Numbered from the stretch's first letter, positions 1 to 8,947 are shown. The stretch: 37,968 nt of DNA from a virus (IMGVR_UViG_3300023174_000013:1-37968), one strand, 5' to 3'. The notes: generated from the letters alone by a model not told the origin. A program made the numbers and translations.

Positions 1-127
1 ACAACCTTGTAGAAATCATGCACAAGCAAGCGCATACCGATTTCAACACCGTATGCCATGACGATTGCCGAGGCTATGACGAGGCGCTGGAGTTCTATCA
101 GTACAACTACATGCGGTATCCGTCGGC
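1..127. repeat. Terminal direct repeat (copy 1), probably the assembler overlap of a circular contig
   Basis: acaaccttgtagaaatc...tatccgtcggc is identical to 37842-37968; 127 nt is a common assembly k-mer length. Confidence 0.95.
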
Positions 128-215
128 GAAGAACGCGCCAATCTTCGTAGAGCGGCGCACGGCGGCGGAGATTAACGAGGCATTCGGTCTGGAGCCTGAT
201 CCATGGCGGGGGTAA
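1..215 (+). CDS. 3' part of a ~136-aa hypothetical phage protein that starts at 37646 and crosses the junction
   Basis: ORF 18..215 is in frame with the open frame from ATG 37646 (ATG 37859 = position 18). Confidence 0.8.
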   Translation, partial: NLVEIMHKQAHTDFNTVCHDDCRGYDEALEFYQYNYMRYPSAKNAPIFVERRTAAEINEAFGLEPDPWRG

Positions 216-403
216 AAGCCAAGCGGGAGGGAGCGGTGAAGCCGCCAGTCTGGACGGTTACTAGTTGCGCCGCATGCGGCAAAACGATTGACTACACCGA
301 CCAGAAGCGGGTGGTATTCCCTGCGGTGCGGGTGCTAACAATTTCGTTCAACGAAGCAAAAGGAAGCCGACGCTGGACATGGCGACACAAGGCGTGCGCG
401 TGA
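203..403 (+). CDS. Small hypothetical protein, possible Zn-binding (CxxC ... HxxC)
   Basis: 66 aa, CAAC and HKAC motifs, overlaps neighbours in operon style. Confidence 0.65.
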   Translation: MAGVKAKREGAVKPPVWTVTSCAACGKTIDYTDQKRVVFPAVRVLTISFNEAKGSRRWTWRHKACA

Positions 404-750
404 TCCGACGAGACATTGACCAGTTCGGACAGGGGATAAAAGCAACTGAGTTAGCCAAAACAGGGATGCCGCTGGACGAGCAAGTTGATTGTCACTTCGT
501 GTGGCATCACTTCCCGCCAGTGCCGAAGGAAATGATTCCCGTGGCGGTTGACGCAATTCGGTGCATGAACATGGGCAAACTAGAAGACATTGCGCCGCTG
601 CCGGGAAGATTCGTAGTCTCCATTGACCCAAAAATTACCCCGCTGGTCAAAGACATCATCAACGGATTGGCGCTGTATGCGTGGCGCTGCGAGTGCGATC
701 CATGCAAACAGGGCAATCCACACTGGGGCATGACGGGCGAGTTCGCCTGA
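400..750 (+). CDS. Hypothetical protein
   Basis: GTG 400 overlaps upstream TGA (GTGA); in frame with track ORF 379..750. Confidence 0.65.
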   Translation: MIRRDIDQFGQGIKATELAKTGMPLDEQVDCHFVWHHFPPVPKEMIPVAVDAIRCMNMGKLEDIAPLPGRFVVSIDPKITPLVKDIINGLALYAWRCECDPCKQGNPHWGMTGEFA

Positions 751-765
751 TCTGCTAATGTCAGC

Positions 766-814
766 GCGCACGGAGGGAGTGCAACGGAGCCTTCCCCGTT
801 CCCCCTCCGTGCGC
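766..814 (+). other. Intergenic stem-loop at the early/late boundary
   Basis: GCGCACGGAGGG (766-777) pairs perfectly with CCCTCCGTGCGC (803-814); inner AACGG/CCGTT; no U-tract. Confidence 0.6.
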
Positions 815-835
815 TACTAAGGGAAGGACGAGCAC

Positions 836-1084
836 ATGGCTGTACATGCACACCGATGCCGAAACGCACGACCTCCCTATGCTCATGACTTCATGCTGTA
901 CGACATTGGCGATGGAGAGCATTCGCCATTCGTGGCAATGATGGCGTGCAGGAAATGTGGGGAGGTGCGAAAAGCGCAGGAAGAGGCGTTGCCACCCGTA
1001 GCCCTAGACGATGTGCTTGCTTCCGCCATGCCAGCAACACCGAAGCCACGAGCAAGAACAAAACCGACGAGGCGCAAGCGTTGA
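836..1084 (+). CDS. Small hypothetical Zn-finger-like protein with basic tail
   Basis: 82 aa, HRC...H and CRKC; purine-rich GGGAAGGA upstream. Confidence 0.65.
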   Translation: MAVHAHRCRNARPPYAHDFMLYDIGDGEHSPFVAMMACRKCGEVRKAQEEALPPVALDDVLASAMPATPKPRARTKPTRRKR

Positions 1085-1437
1085 GCAATCGGGCATGTCT
1101 CTCATGCGGCATGATCCTTTCCTCCCTCAAGCAGGGTAGGTGTGAGGAATGCGCTAGGGAAAAGCATGCGGAGAAATACAATCCCTATCGGCAGAGCAAG
1201 GGGGCTAGGGAATGGCGCAATCTATCAGCGCGTAAGCGCAAGGAGCAACCATGGTGCAGCAGGTGTGCCACACAGGGCAGCCCATCCAATCCCCTTACGC
1301 TGGATCACATCGTGCCATTGAGCAAGGGAGGGGCGCTCATACCAGAGGACATAGAGGAAGGCGTGCAGGTGCTATGCAAGCGATGCCAAGGCATCGTAGG
1401 TGCAAGGGATCACAAGGCTGGACCATGGCGCGCTTGA
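1081..1437 (+). CDS. HNH-family protein adjacent to terminase (HK97 gp74-like position)
   Basis: CSRC...LTLDHIVPLSKGG...VLCKRC; likely TTG start at 1081 overlapping upstream TGA. Confidence 0.85.
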   Translation: MSNRACLSCGMILSSLKQGRCEECAREKHAEKYNPYRQSKGAREWRNLSARKRKEQPWCSRCATQGSPSNPLTLDHIVPLSKGGALIPEDIEEGVQVLCKRCQGIVGARDHKAGPWRA

Positions 1438-1547
1438 TCCCAGAAACCATGCCACCATACGGGGAGGGCGTGCCTGATGCCGTGCCTGATGACGGATGGG
1501 ATGACGACCCCGACAACGAAGAAGAGGACACGCCCGATGAATTCTGA
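1425..1547 (+). CDS. Tiny acidic hypothetical protein (40 aa)
   Basis: MARLIPETMPPYGEG...DDGWDDDPDNEEEDTPDEF fills the gap between HNH and terS. Confidence 0.45.
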   Translation: MARLIPETMPPYGEGVPDAVPDDGWDDDPDNEEEDTPDEF

Positions 1548-2118
1548 ACAGGACACACGCAATGATGAAGCGCCTAGCACGCAGGAAACACCCCCCCATT
1601 TTTTAGGGAGTGAAAACGGCGACCATCCCGCAGCAGGTGTTTACACAGGTTGTGTACCTGAAAACCCCCCCTATACCAGCGGTGGTGTAGTTGACGAGCA
1701 AAACGCAAGCACGAATGGCACAACTGATGCCGTAACAAAAGAGGAACAGCCGCTTACGGAAGCGGAACGCCATTTAGCCGTGCTGGAAGAGCAGGTGCGA
1801 ATGGCTGGGCGCGACGGCGACATCCCGCCGCAATTGCTGCACATGGCGGCAGTAGCGTGGGAACGGTGGCATCAGGCTGCCGAGATGCTGGCACGGGAAG
1901 GAATCACGGTTCAAACTTCGCAGGGGGTGGGAGCGCATCCTGCGGCTATGATTGAGAGGCAAGCATGTCAGACCTACCAGAACTTAATCAGCCGAATGGG
2001 CTTGTCAGCCACGCCGTCACAGGCGAGGTACAAAGCCAACAAGACTCCGCGCCTCAAGAAGGCGTTGACGATCAGCGACCTGATGAGCCGACAGGCGGAG
2101 GAAATCCCAGCCTCCTAA
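1537..2118 (+). CDS. terS: Terminase small subunit (P27-like)
   Basis: REGITV...AHPAAMI...MGLSATPSQAR pattern; GAGGA upstream of ATG 1537; directly precedes terL. Confidence 0.85.
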   Translation: MNSEQDTRNDEAPSTQETPPHFLGSENGDHPAAGVYTGCVPENPPYTSGGVVDEQNASTNGTTDAVTKEEQPLTEAERHLAVLEEQVRMAGRDGDIPPQLLHMAAVAWERWHQAAEMLAREGITVQTSQGVGAHPAAMIERQACQTYQNLISRMGLSATPSQARYKANKTPRLKKALTISDLMSRQAEEIPAS

Positions 2119-3638
2119 CGGACGGTCCGATCTTTGAGGAGTTCTGCCGCGTATTTATCAAACAAAGCATTGGGCAGTTCTCAGGTCAGCCGCTACGGCT
2201 AGAAGGATTCCAACGGGATTTCATCAACGATGTCCTAAGCCGCGATCCCGTCACGGGCAAGCGCCGCTATTCCGAAGCCATGCTCCTGCTTCCTAGAAAG
2301 TCTGGAAAATCTACGCTGGCTGCCGCGCTGGCAATCTTTCAAACGCTACGGGATGCTGGCAAAGAGCCGCAGACAATTGTGGCGGCTGCCTCTAAAGATC
2401 AGGCGGCGGTCATCTTTCGCCAGATTCGGGCGTTCATTGCCAACAACCCAGAGTTAGGCGGGCTGCTCATTCCCAAGCAGTACCACATAGATGTGCAGGG
2501 GGGCGGCTTTATCAAAGTGGTGGCATCCGACGGGCGGCTTCAACACGGCTCTAACCCCTCTTGCGTAATTGTGGACGAGTTGTGGGCGCATCAAGACGGC
2601 GAGTTATACACGGCGCTTACCTCTGGATCAGGCGCAAGAGACGAGCCGCTTACCATTGCCATCAGTACCCCGGGCTACGACCCCGATCAAATCCTTGGGC
2701 AAATCTACAACCGCGTTATTGAAACGGCTCCTGACCAGCAGTTTCAAAGCGCGCCGTATTACCGACGCATTGCTCGCGATGCCGAGAACGGCTTCCTTCT
2801 GTATCACTACGGAGCGCCTGAAGATGCCGATGCCGATAGCCCAGAGGTATGGCGAAAAAGCAATCCTGCCCCATGGATTACTGACCAGTACCTCAAACAG
2901 CAAAGGTTTAAGCCAACGACGCGCCTATCTGAATTCCGCAGACTGCACCTTGGGCAATGGGTAAACGCGGGCGAAGAATCATGGTTGCCCATGGGCGCAT
3001 GGCAATCCTGCGCCGAAGATGGCGTGACGCTTGACCCAGCCTTGCCAGTTGCTGTGGGCATAGATGTGGGTATTACCCGCGACGCTTCCGCCGTGGTTAT
3101 TGCCCAAAAGCAAGGCGACAACATCATCGTGGAGTCAAAAGTGTGGGCAAATCCGTACCCAAAGGACAGCAGTATGGGCATGGCGTGGCAGGTGGACATT
3201 GAAGAAATCCGTCGCTACCTTGTTAGCCTTAAGGAGCGATTCCCTGCGCCGATGGTCAAGATTGACGGGCGAACTCGCCCCGGTCCTGCTTTCTGTTACG
3301 ACCCGTGGTCATTCCGAGAATCAGCCCAAATGCTGGAGGGCGAGGGTCTTGCCATGGTGGAAACAAACCAGACGGACAGCCGCATGGTTCCTATGACCGC
3401 AGATTTGTTTCAAGCCATCGTTACACGCCGATTGCGCTACGATTCCAAGACGAATGTGGCGCTAACGCGCCATGTAATGGCAGCAGTTGCTGTGCCTAGA
3501 GGAGATGCAGGTTGGCGTATCAGGAAACCAAGGGGCAGCACGACCGCGAAAGTGGACGCGGCTATAGCGATGGTGATGGCGGTGAGTCAGGCAATGCAGC
3601 CGCCGCCAAGGCGCGCATTCACAGGTATGATCGCGTAA
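1965..3638 (+). CDS. terL: Terminase large subunit
   Basis: Walker A PRKSGKST, Walker B VIVDE, coupling ISTPG, nuclease GIDVG...D and KVDAAIA; start position uncertain. Confidence 0.97.
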   Translation: MSDLPELNQPNGLVSHAVTGEVQSQQDSAPQEGVDDQRPDEPTGGGNPSLLTDGPIFEEFCRVFIKQSIGQFSGQPLRLEGFQRDFINDVLSRDPVTGKRRYSEAMLLLPRKSGKSTLAAALAIFQTLRDAGKEPQTIVAAASKDQAAVIFRQIRAFIANNPELGGLLIPKQYHIDVQGGGFIKVVASDGRLQHGSNPSCVIVDELWAHQDGELYTALTSGSGARDEPLTIAISTPGYDPDQILGQIYNRVIETAPDQQFQSAPYYRRIARDAENGFLLYHYGAPEDADADSPEVWRKSNPAPWITDQYLKQQRFKPTTRLSEFRRLHLGQWVNAGEESWLPMGAWQSCAEDGVTLDPALPVAVGIDVGITRDASAVVIAQKQGDNIIVESKVWANPYPKDSSMGMAWQVDIEEIRRYLVSLKERFPAPMVKIDGRTRPGPAFCYDPWSFRESAQMLEGEGLAMVETNQTDSRMVPMTADLFQAIVTRRLRYDSKTNVALTRHVMAAVAVPRGDAGWRIRKPRGSTTAKVDAAIAMVMAVSQAMQPPPRRAFTGMIA

Positions 3639-3741
3639 TCAAAGCAAAACAGTGCCGTTGTGCAGTACCATTCATTAGCCCAAACGACGAGGATGAATGG
3701 TGTTGGAAGTGCGGACTTCCTGTAGATAACGAGGAGACTTG

Positions 3742-5316
3742 ATGGCTGACCGTAAGATGCCAGACTTCGCCAATCCAGCGAATTACATTCATCCCGGCAA
3801 GAAGGACTCCCTTGCATCTTGGATGGCTTTCTTTGGCATGACCGAACAGGGGTCAGGCGATTACAACGGTCCTCGCGATTGGGCTAGAGCCGCAGCCGAT
3901 GAGCCGTTCCTAAATGCTTGTATCAAATTAAAGGCAATGAGCGCCGGTGCAGTTCCGTTGCGAGTGTATGTGCGCCAAGACCACAACCTTATTCCAGCAG
4001 ATTTGGCAAACGATGCGGATGCAGCCGAGTACCAAAAACTTCTAGACACAATTAACCCGTACAGCATGTCTGCGTCGGATTTCCGTGGCACGCTTGTTGC
4101 CAGCCTATCGGTGTATGGCGAAGCCTATGTACGCAAAGTGCGCGGTCGCCTTGGCGGTCCTCCTCAAGAGTTGTATCTCATCCGACCAATTGACATTAAG
4201 CCCCAAATGGGCAAAACATGGATTGAGTCATACGAGTACAACCCAGCGGGCGCAAAATCTCGCAATGCCGAAACCGAAATCATCCCTGCTAAAGACATTG
4301 TTGCTTTCAGACTGCCGGGTAACTTTGTTGACCCAACACGCGGTCTATCTCCGTTGTCATCCATCCGCAGAGAAGTAGAAGTTAGCGTGATGGCATCGGA
4401 GCATACAAATGCTCTGCTCCGAAATCTTGGCGTGCCAGTTGGGGCATGGGTAGCGCCAAAAGATAGCGACCTTACCGTGCAGGATCAGTCTGCCATTAAG
4501 AAAGTGCTTGCCGCATTGTCAGGACCAAAAAACGCAGGAAAGAGCGCAGTGTTGCCCGGCGGTCTTGAATGGCAACAGTTGGGCATCCCAGAACAAGACG
4601 CGCAGTACCTCAACGCCCGAAAAATTAGCCGCATGGCAATTGCGTCCGCCATGGGAATTCCATTGCAACTAGTTGGAGACGACGAGCATTCTGGCGTATA
4701 CCGCTCAGTGCGCGATGCAGAACAAGTGTTCTGGCGAAGGATGAAGAACGAGTTGGGATGGATTGCCGACATTCTTGATTCTTGGCTTACAACCGAGTTT
4801 GATAAAACTGGTCGCTTGACGGTTCAGTTTGATGTTTCCTCCATTGAGGCATTGCGACCTACGCCGCAAGAAGAACTAATGCTGTGGACGCAGTTGATGG
4901 ATCGCAGCGTGGTTACCCCAAACGAAGTTCGCGCTCATTTTGGGCTTGGCGCTCCGACTTCGTGGGGCGACACGCCGCTACTTAACGGTCAGCCAAAAGA
5001 AGGAGTTACGGGCAAAACCCCGCAGTCTATTACCGACATACCAGTCACTGGCACGGCAGTAGAAGAAGACCATGTGGTGGATGCGCCGCCAATTATGTCG
5101 TGGTTTGACCGAGAAACAAGGCTCTATGGTCGGCAAGAAGTGAAACAGTTCGTGCAGGGCGGATCACTAGATGCTGAGTCAATGGTAGGATTCCCCGTAA
5201 CCGAGACCGAGCAAAAGACTATTGAACTAGGGATTAAAAGGCGTTACAGTAGCAAGCAGATCGCTTACGGCGTTGAAGAAGACGGCTATAAAGGTTTGAG
5301 GGGAGTACAACCATGA
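3742..5316 (+). CDS. Portal protein, HK97 family, with C-terminal extension
   Basis: YGEAY, RGLSPL, NAGKSAVL, IASAMGIP, TPNEVR motifs; GAGGAG upstream; follows terL. Confidence 0.95.
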   Translation: MADRKMPDFANPANYIHPGKKDSLASWMAFFGMTEQGSGDYNGPRDWARAAADEPFLNACIKLKAMSAGAVPLRVYVRQDHNLIPADLANDADAAEYQKLLDTINPYSMSASDFRGTLVASLSVYGEAYVRKVRGRLGGPPQELYLIRPIDIKPQMGKTWIESYEYNPAGAKSRNAETEIIPAKDIVAFRLPGNFVDPTRGLSPLSSIRREVEVSVMASEHTNALLRNLGVPVGAWVAPKDSDLTVQDQSAIKKVLAALSGPKNAGKSAVLPGGLEWQQLGIPEQDAQYLNARKISRMAIASAMGIPLQLVGDDEHSGVYRSVRDAEQVFWRRMKNELGWIADILDSWLTTEFDKTGRLTVQFDVSSIEALRPTPQEELMLWTQLMDRSVVTPNEVRAHFGLGAPTSWGDTPLLNGQPKEGVTGKTPQSITDIPVTGTAVEEDHVVDAPPIMSWFDRETRLYGRQEVKQFVQGGSLDAESMVGFPVTETEQKTIELGIKRRYSSKQIAYGVEEDGYKGLRGVQP

Positions 5317-7433
5317 AGCACCTGAAGATTGCAGCAACCGCAGATGGTGGTCTTGTCATTGAGGGCTACGGCGTTCCCTTTGGCGGACCAATCAAAGGTC
5401 GCGACCTTCATGGGCAGTATTTCAGCAAGAAGACAGATTTTGCACTTGACTTGATTCCTGACGGGCAGCGACCGTTGCTGTATCAGCACGGTCTAGATTC
5501 GTCCGTAGACACGGCGGTCATTGGTCGCTGGGGCGTAAAGCGCATTGACGACGGCGGTGTATGGGTGCGCGCTCAGTTGGATGCCCGCTCCGAGTACATT
5601 AACGAGATTAAGGAACTTGTAGACAACGACGCGCTTGGCTTTTCCTCTGGAACCATGGGTCACCTTGTCAAAGTTGCGCCAAAAACTGGCGAAATTCTTA
5701 AGTGGGCGCTGGTTGAGTTGAGCCTTACCCCAAACCCAGCCAACCCAAATGCGTACATTGTTCGCGCAAATAAGTCCGCCGCAGCCCATGTAAAGTCTTT
5801 GTTCTCAACAAAGCACGGAGATCACGATCAGTCCGAGCACGGTAACTGGGCGCATAGTGGCGGTGGAGCAGATAACGGCGGCGACAAAGAAAAGTCTAAG
5901 CCGGGGTTTTACGGTTCAGATCATTGGGATAAGCCCGGAATGCCAAAAACCGTTGTCGTATCGGAAATGAGCCGCGACAAGTACGACCGAGCCATTCTTC
6001 CGATGCCAGACGAGTATAAAACTGATACATCCATGTCGGCTCAAGCATCAGGAAGTAGCGCATGGGCTGCTGTTACAATGGCAGATTCAAATGGCTGGCT
6101 GGACGAAAATGACGATGTTACAAAAGTGACATCGGGTCTAGACATTCCGTACATTCCCGCCGAAAACATTACAAGTCCAGAGTCGTGGCTCTTTGCCCTT
6201 GGGTTTGCAAACGGCACACTGAGTTTGGCTCCAAGCGAAGACGACAACGGTAATGTTATTGAAGCAATGAGCAGAAGCCGAGACAAAGAAGACTTTATTG
6301 CCCTGTCTGAAAGGCTGACTGATGTCAATTCCCATTCATCTGCGGCAACCTTTGACTCCCTTATTGACACTTGGGATGAATTTGGTCCGGGGGCAAGTAA
6401 GAAGATGCTCCGAGTCAAGCGTTCAACCAAGCATGGTGACCATGATCAGTCCGATCACGGGAACTGGGCGCACGGCGATGGTGGGGCGCGAGAATCTAAT
6501 CGCGTTGAGATGGAGCGACGCTCCACAGGGGCATGGCAAGAAAAGTTTGGCACAGTAGGAAACTACACTCCAAGTTCAAGAGTTGCTGGTATGGCGGCAA
6601 CCGTAGTTTCCGACGCAAAGAATGAGGCAGATCGTCGGTACGCGCAGGAGCGAGTTGATGCAGCCCTTCACATGGCTTCTCAATGGAATGCCAAAGGACC
6701 CGTCACAATGCCAAACGGTCAAGTGCCGTTGCACGGAAGGTCGGTAGAGGAAGAATTGGCTCGCAGGGTGGAATTTAGCCCTTCGGAAAGGGATAAAGAG
6801 TTCCATTTGAATTTGCTGGCAGACCTTAAAGGCGAAACGCCAGCCGCAGTTCAAGCAGAAATTGACATGGACAAGTTCAACGACTGGATGTCTGGCTACG
6901 ATGTGCCGGGCATGCCAAAGACTTTTCGCGTAAAGCGGTCAGTTAAACACGGCGACCACGACCAGTCCGAACACGGCAACTGGGCGCACGACGGCGGAAA
7001 CGATAAGACACAATCACAGGGGATGTTTGGAGACCGCCTAGACGAGTTAGATTTAAATGTGGCGACGGCGGTAGAAAGTTTCTTGACTTATTACACTCCT
7101 GCTCGCGACAGCATTGCAAGAGCCATCCTTCATTCAAGCAATGACCGTGAAACTGGTTTGTTGAGCCAAGCAAGTAACATGCTAGAAGAGGCAAGAACTG
7201 CTGCTGGGTTGCTACGCGGAGACGGTCCGGGGAAAGATTACAATGAATCCAAGCGAGAAAAATTGGTCCGAACGGTAGAAGATCGCTTGCAAGCCATGCG
7301 AAACAATTTGGATAAAGTGGCGGAACGACGCTCAGACTTTATGTACGACGCAGTTCTTAAAGAAGTTACGGCGGCTCAAGATTTCTTGACAAACGCAAGA
7401 ATTGACGCTGCGATTGCGGCAAAAAAGCCGTAA
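5313..7433 (+). CDS. HK97-type prohead protease (aa ~1-155) fused to three tagged modules of unknown function
   Basis: IEGYGVPF, LLYQHG (His), GFSSG (Ser), ELSLTPNPAN; then KHGDHDQSxHGNWAH at aa 167, 373 and 545. Confidence 0.92.
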   Translation: MKHLKIAATADGGLVIEGYGVPFGGPIKGRDLHGQYFSKKTDFALDLIPDGQRPLLYQHGLDSSVDTAVIGRWGVKRIDDGGVWVRAQLDARSEYINEIKELVDNDALGFSSGTMGHLVKVAPKTGEILKWALVELSLTPNPANPNAYIVRANKSAAAHVKSLFSTKHGDHDQSEHGNWAHSGGGADNGGDKEKSKPGFYGSDHWDKPGMPKTVVVSEMSRDKYDRAILPMPDEYKTDTSMSAQASGSSAWAAVTMADSNGWLDENDDVTKVTSGLDIPYIPAENITSPESWLFALGFANGTLSLAPSEDDNGNVIEAMSRSRDKEDFIALSERLTDVNSHSSAATFDSLIDTWDEFGPGASKKMLRVKRSTKHGDHDQSDHGNWAHGDGGARESNRVEMERRSTGAWQEKFGTVGNYTPSSRVAGMAATVVSDAKNEADRRYAQERVDAALHMASQWNAKGPVTMPNGQVPLHGRSVEEELARRVEFSPSERDKEFHLNLLADLKGETPAAVQAEIDMDKFNDWMSGYDVPGMPKTFRVKRSVKHGDHDQSEHGNWAHDGGNDKTQSQGMFGDRLDELDLNVATAVESFLTYYTPARDSIARAILHSSNDRETGLLSQASNMLEEARTAAGLLRGDGPGKDYNESKREKLVRTVEDRLQAMRNNLDKVAERRSDFMYDAVLKEVTAAQDFLTNARIDAAIAAKKP
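5811..5855 (+). repeat. Tag copy 1 (KHGDHDQSEHGNWAH)
   Basis: Read directly in the protease ORF. Confidence 0.97.
6429..6473 (+). repeat. Tag copy 2 (KHGDHDQSDHGNWAH)
   Basis: Read directly in the protease ORF. Confidence 0.97.
6945..6989 (+). repeat. Tag copy 3 (KHGDHDQSEHGNWAH)
   Basis: Read directly in the protease ORF. Confidence 0.97.
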
Positions 7434-7455
7434 CTGCGCGCCCCGAAACGGTCTC

Positions 7456-7496
7456 TGTTACACTCCTTGAGCCAGTTGCCTATGTGGGCAACTGGC
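7456..7496 (+). promoter_or_regulatory. Putative extended -10 promoter and 5' hairpin upstream of the capsid gene
   Basis: TG-T-TACACT at 7456-7464; GCCAGTTGCC/GGCAACTGGC 10-bp stem at 7471-7496 begins at the expected +1. Confidence 0.5.
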
Positions 7497-7612
7497 GCTT
7501 AGACGGAGAGACCGAAGACGCGAACGCTCACGCTGACGCTCCATCGGACGACCTGACGAAAGCATCGTTTAGGCAATGAACTTTCGGGTTCACAACTGAT
7601 AGGAGAATAATC

Positions 7613-8947
7613 GTGGCAGACAACGATTTCCTGTCGGAGAATGAGGTTGAGTCTCTCGTCGCTAAGGCTGTTACTAAGGCTGTAAAGAGCCTTAATACAG
7701 TTGACGAGGATGCCCGACCAACGGCTCCGACCAAGGCTGCGGGATTTAACCGTGGCTCTTATGGTCTTCCAAACCTTGGCGTTGCAGTTAAGTCCGCGTT
7801 CCGTGGGCAGACTGTTAACGGCGGTGAGTTTGAGCGAGACTTCTCACAGGCAGCAGCCGAAATTTTCGGCTACAAGGGCGCGGCTGGCGATGACTCGCTG
7901 ACTTCGCGCTCTATCGTTTGGGCTAAGACCCCAGAAGAGGCTCGCACTGTTCTTCACGCCATGGGCGAGGGGAAGCACGCGGCGCGAGTTGATTCAGCCA
8001 TTAAGGCTGCATCTGAGGGTACGACCACCGCTGGTGGATACCTCGTTCCCCCGCTCTACGCGCAGGATGCGTTCCAGTACGCTTTGGTTCCGAACATTGT
8101 GTTCCGCAACCTTCCCGGACTGACAACGATGCCTGTACGGACGAACCTTGTTTACCTGCCACGCGAAGACGCTCGTGCAGGTGGCGCAACGGCTGCTGAA
8201 GCCGGATCGCTCACCGCGCAGGATGTAACCTTCGCGCAGCAGTCAATTACCATCAAGAAGGCGTATGGCTATCGCGTATTCAGCAATGAATTGCTTGCCG
8301 ACGCTGATCCTTCGTGGAACGAGTTCATTACGAAGACCCTTCTTCGCGATGTGGCTCTTTTTGCGGATCAGCAGCATCTTGAGGGTACAGGTTCAAGCAA
8401 CGAAATTACGGGTCTTTCGGCAATCAGCGGCACGACTTCTGGTCCTTCACTTGGAGCCAACGGTCGCGCACTGACTTTTGATGACCTGTACGCTGCCATC
8501 TACAACCTGCGACTTGCCAATGTTGAGCCACAGAGCGCAACGGGCGCATGGATCATGCACCCGCGCACTCTCAACTCGCTGATGCAGTTGAAGGACAACA
8601 GCAATCAGTACATGCTCACGGCGGCTCAGGGCTACAACGCCCCGATGGCGCTGGCGGGCGGGTTTGCCAGCAGCAACGGACCAAAGGCTTCGTTGCTTGG
8701 TATTCCAGTGTATGTGTCCACGCAGATTGCAATTAACCGCACCACGGGTTCAAACAGCGACACTTCAAATGTGTACCTGCTTGATGCCTCTAAGGCGGTT
8801 CTGCTTGAGCGTCAGGGCATTGAACTGGCGTTTTCGGATCAGGTTGGTTTCGCGACCGACCAGTCCGCGTACCGAGCGATTGCGCGCCACGGCATTGCTG
8901 CCGTTCAGCCAACCGCTGTGGAAAAGATCACGGGTGTCCGCGCCTAA
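7613..8947 (+). CDS. Major capsid protein, HK97 fold, with ~131-aa N-terminal delta/scaffold region
   Basis: AGGYLVP, SNELLAD, WIMHP, LLGIPV motifs; AGGAG before GTG start. Confidence 0.97.
   Translation: MADNDFLSENEVESLVAKAVTKAVKSLNTVDEDARPTAPTKAAGFNRGSYGLPNLGVAVKSAFRGQTVNGGEFERDFSQAAAEIFGYKGAAGDDSLTSRSIVWAKTPEEARTVLHAMGEGKHAARVDSAIKAASEGTTTAGGYLVPPLYAQDAFQYALVPNIVFRNLPGLTTMPVRTNLVYLPREDARAGGATAAEAGSLTAQDVTFAQQSITIKKAYGYRVFSNELLADADPSWNEFITKTLLRDVALFADQQHLEGTGSSNEITGLSAISGTTSGPSLGANGRALTFDDLYAAIYNLRLANVEPQSATGAWIMHPRTLNSLMQLKDNSNQYMLTAAQGYNAPMALAGGFASSNGPKASLLGIPVYVSTQIAINRTTGSNSDTSNVYLLDASKAVLLERQGIELAFSDQVGFATDQSAYRAIARHGIAAVQPTAVEKITGVRA

Noticed and set aside
1-127. Biological terminal repeat
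   Set aside because: Length equals a typical assembly k-mer and it falls mid-gene; best explained as circular overlap.
3512-3742. Small CxC...CxxC ORF between terL and portal
   Set aside because: The last ~35 codons look like a Zn ribbon, but there is no convincing start outside terL; left unannotated.
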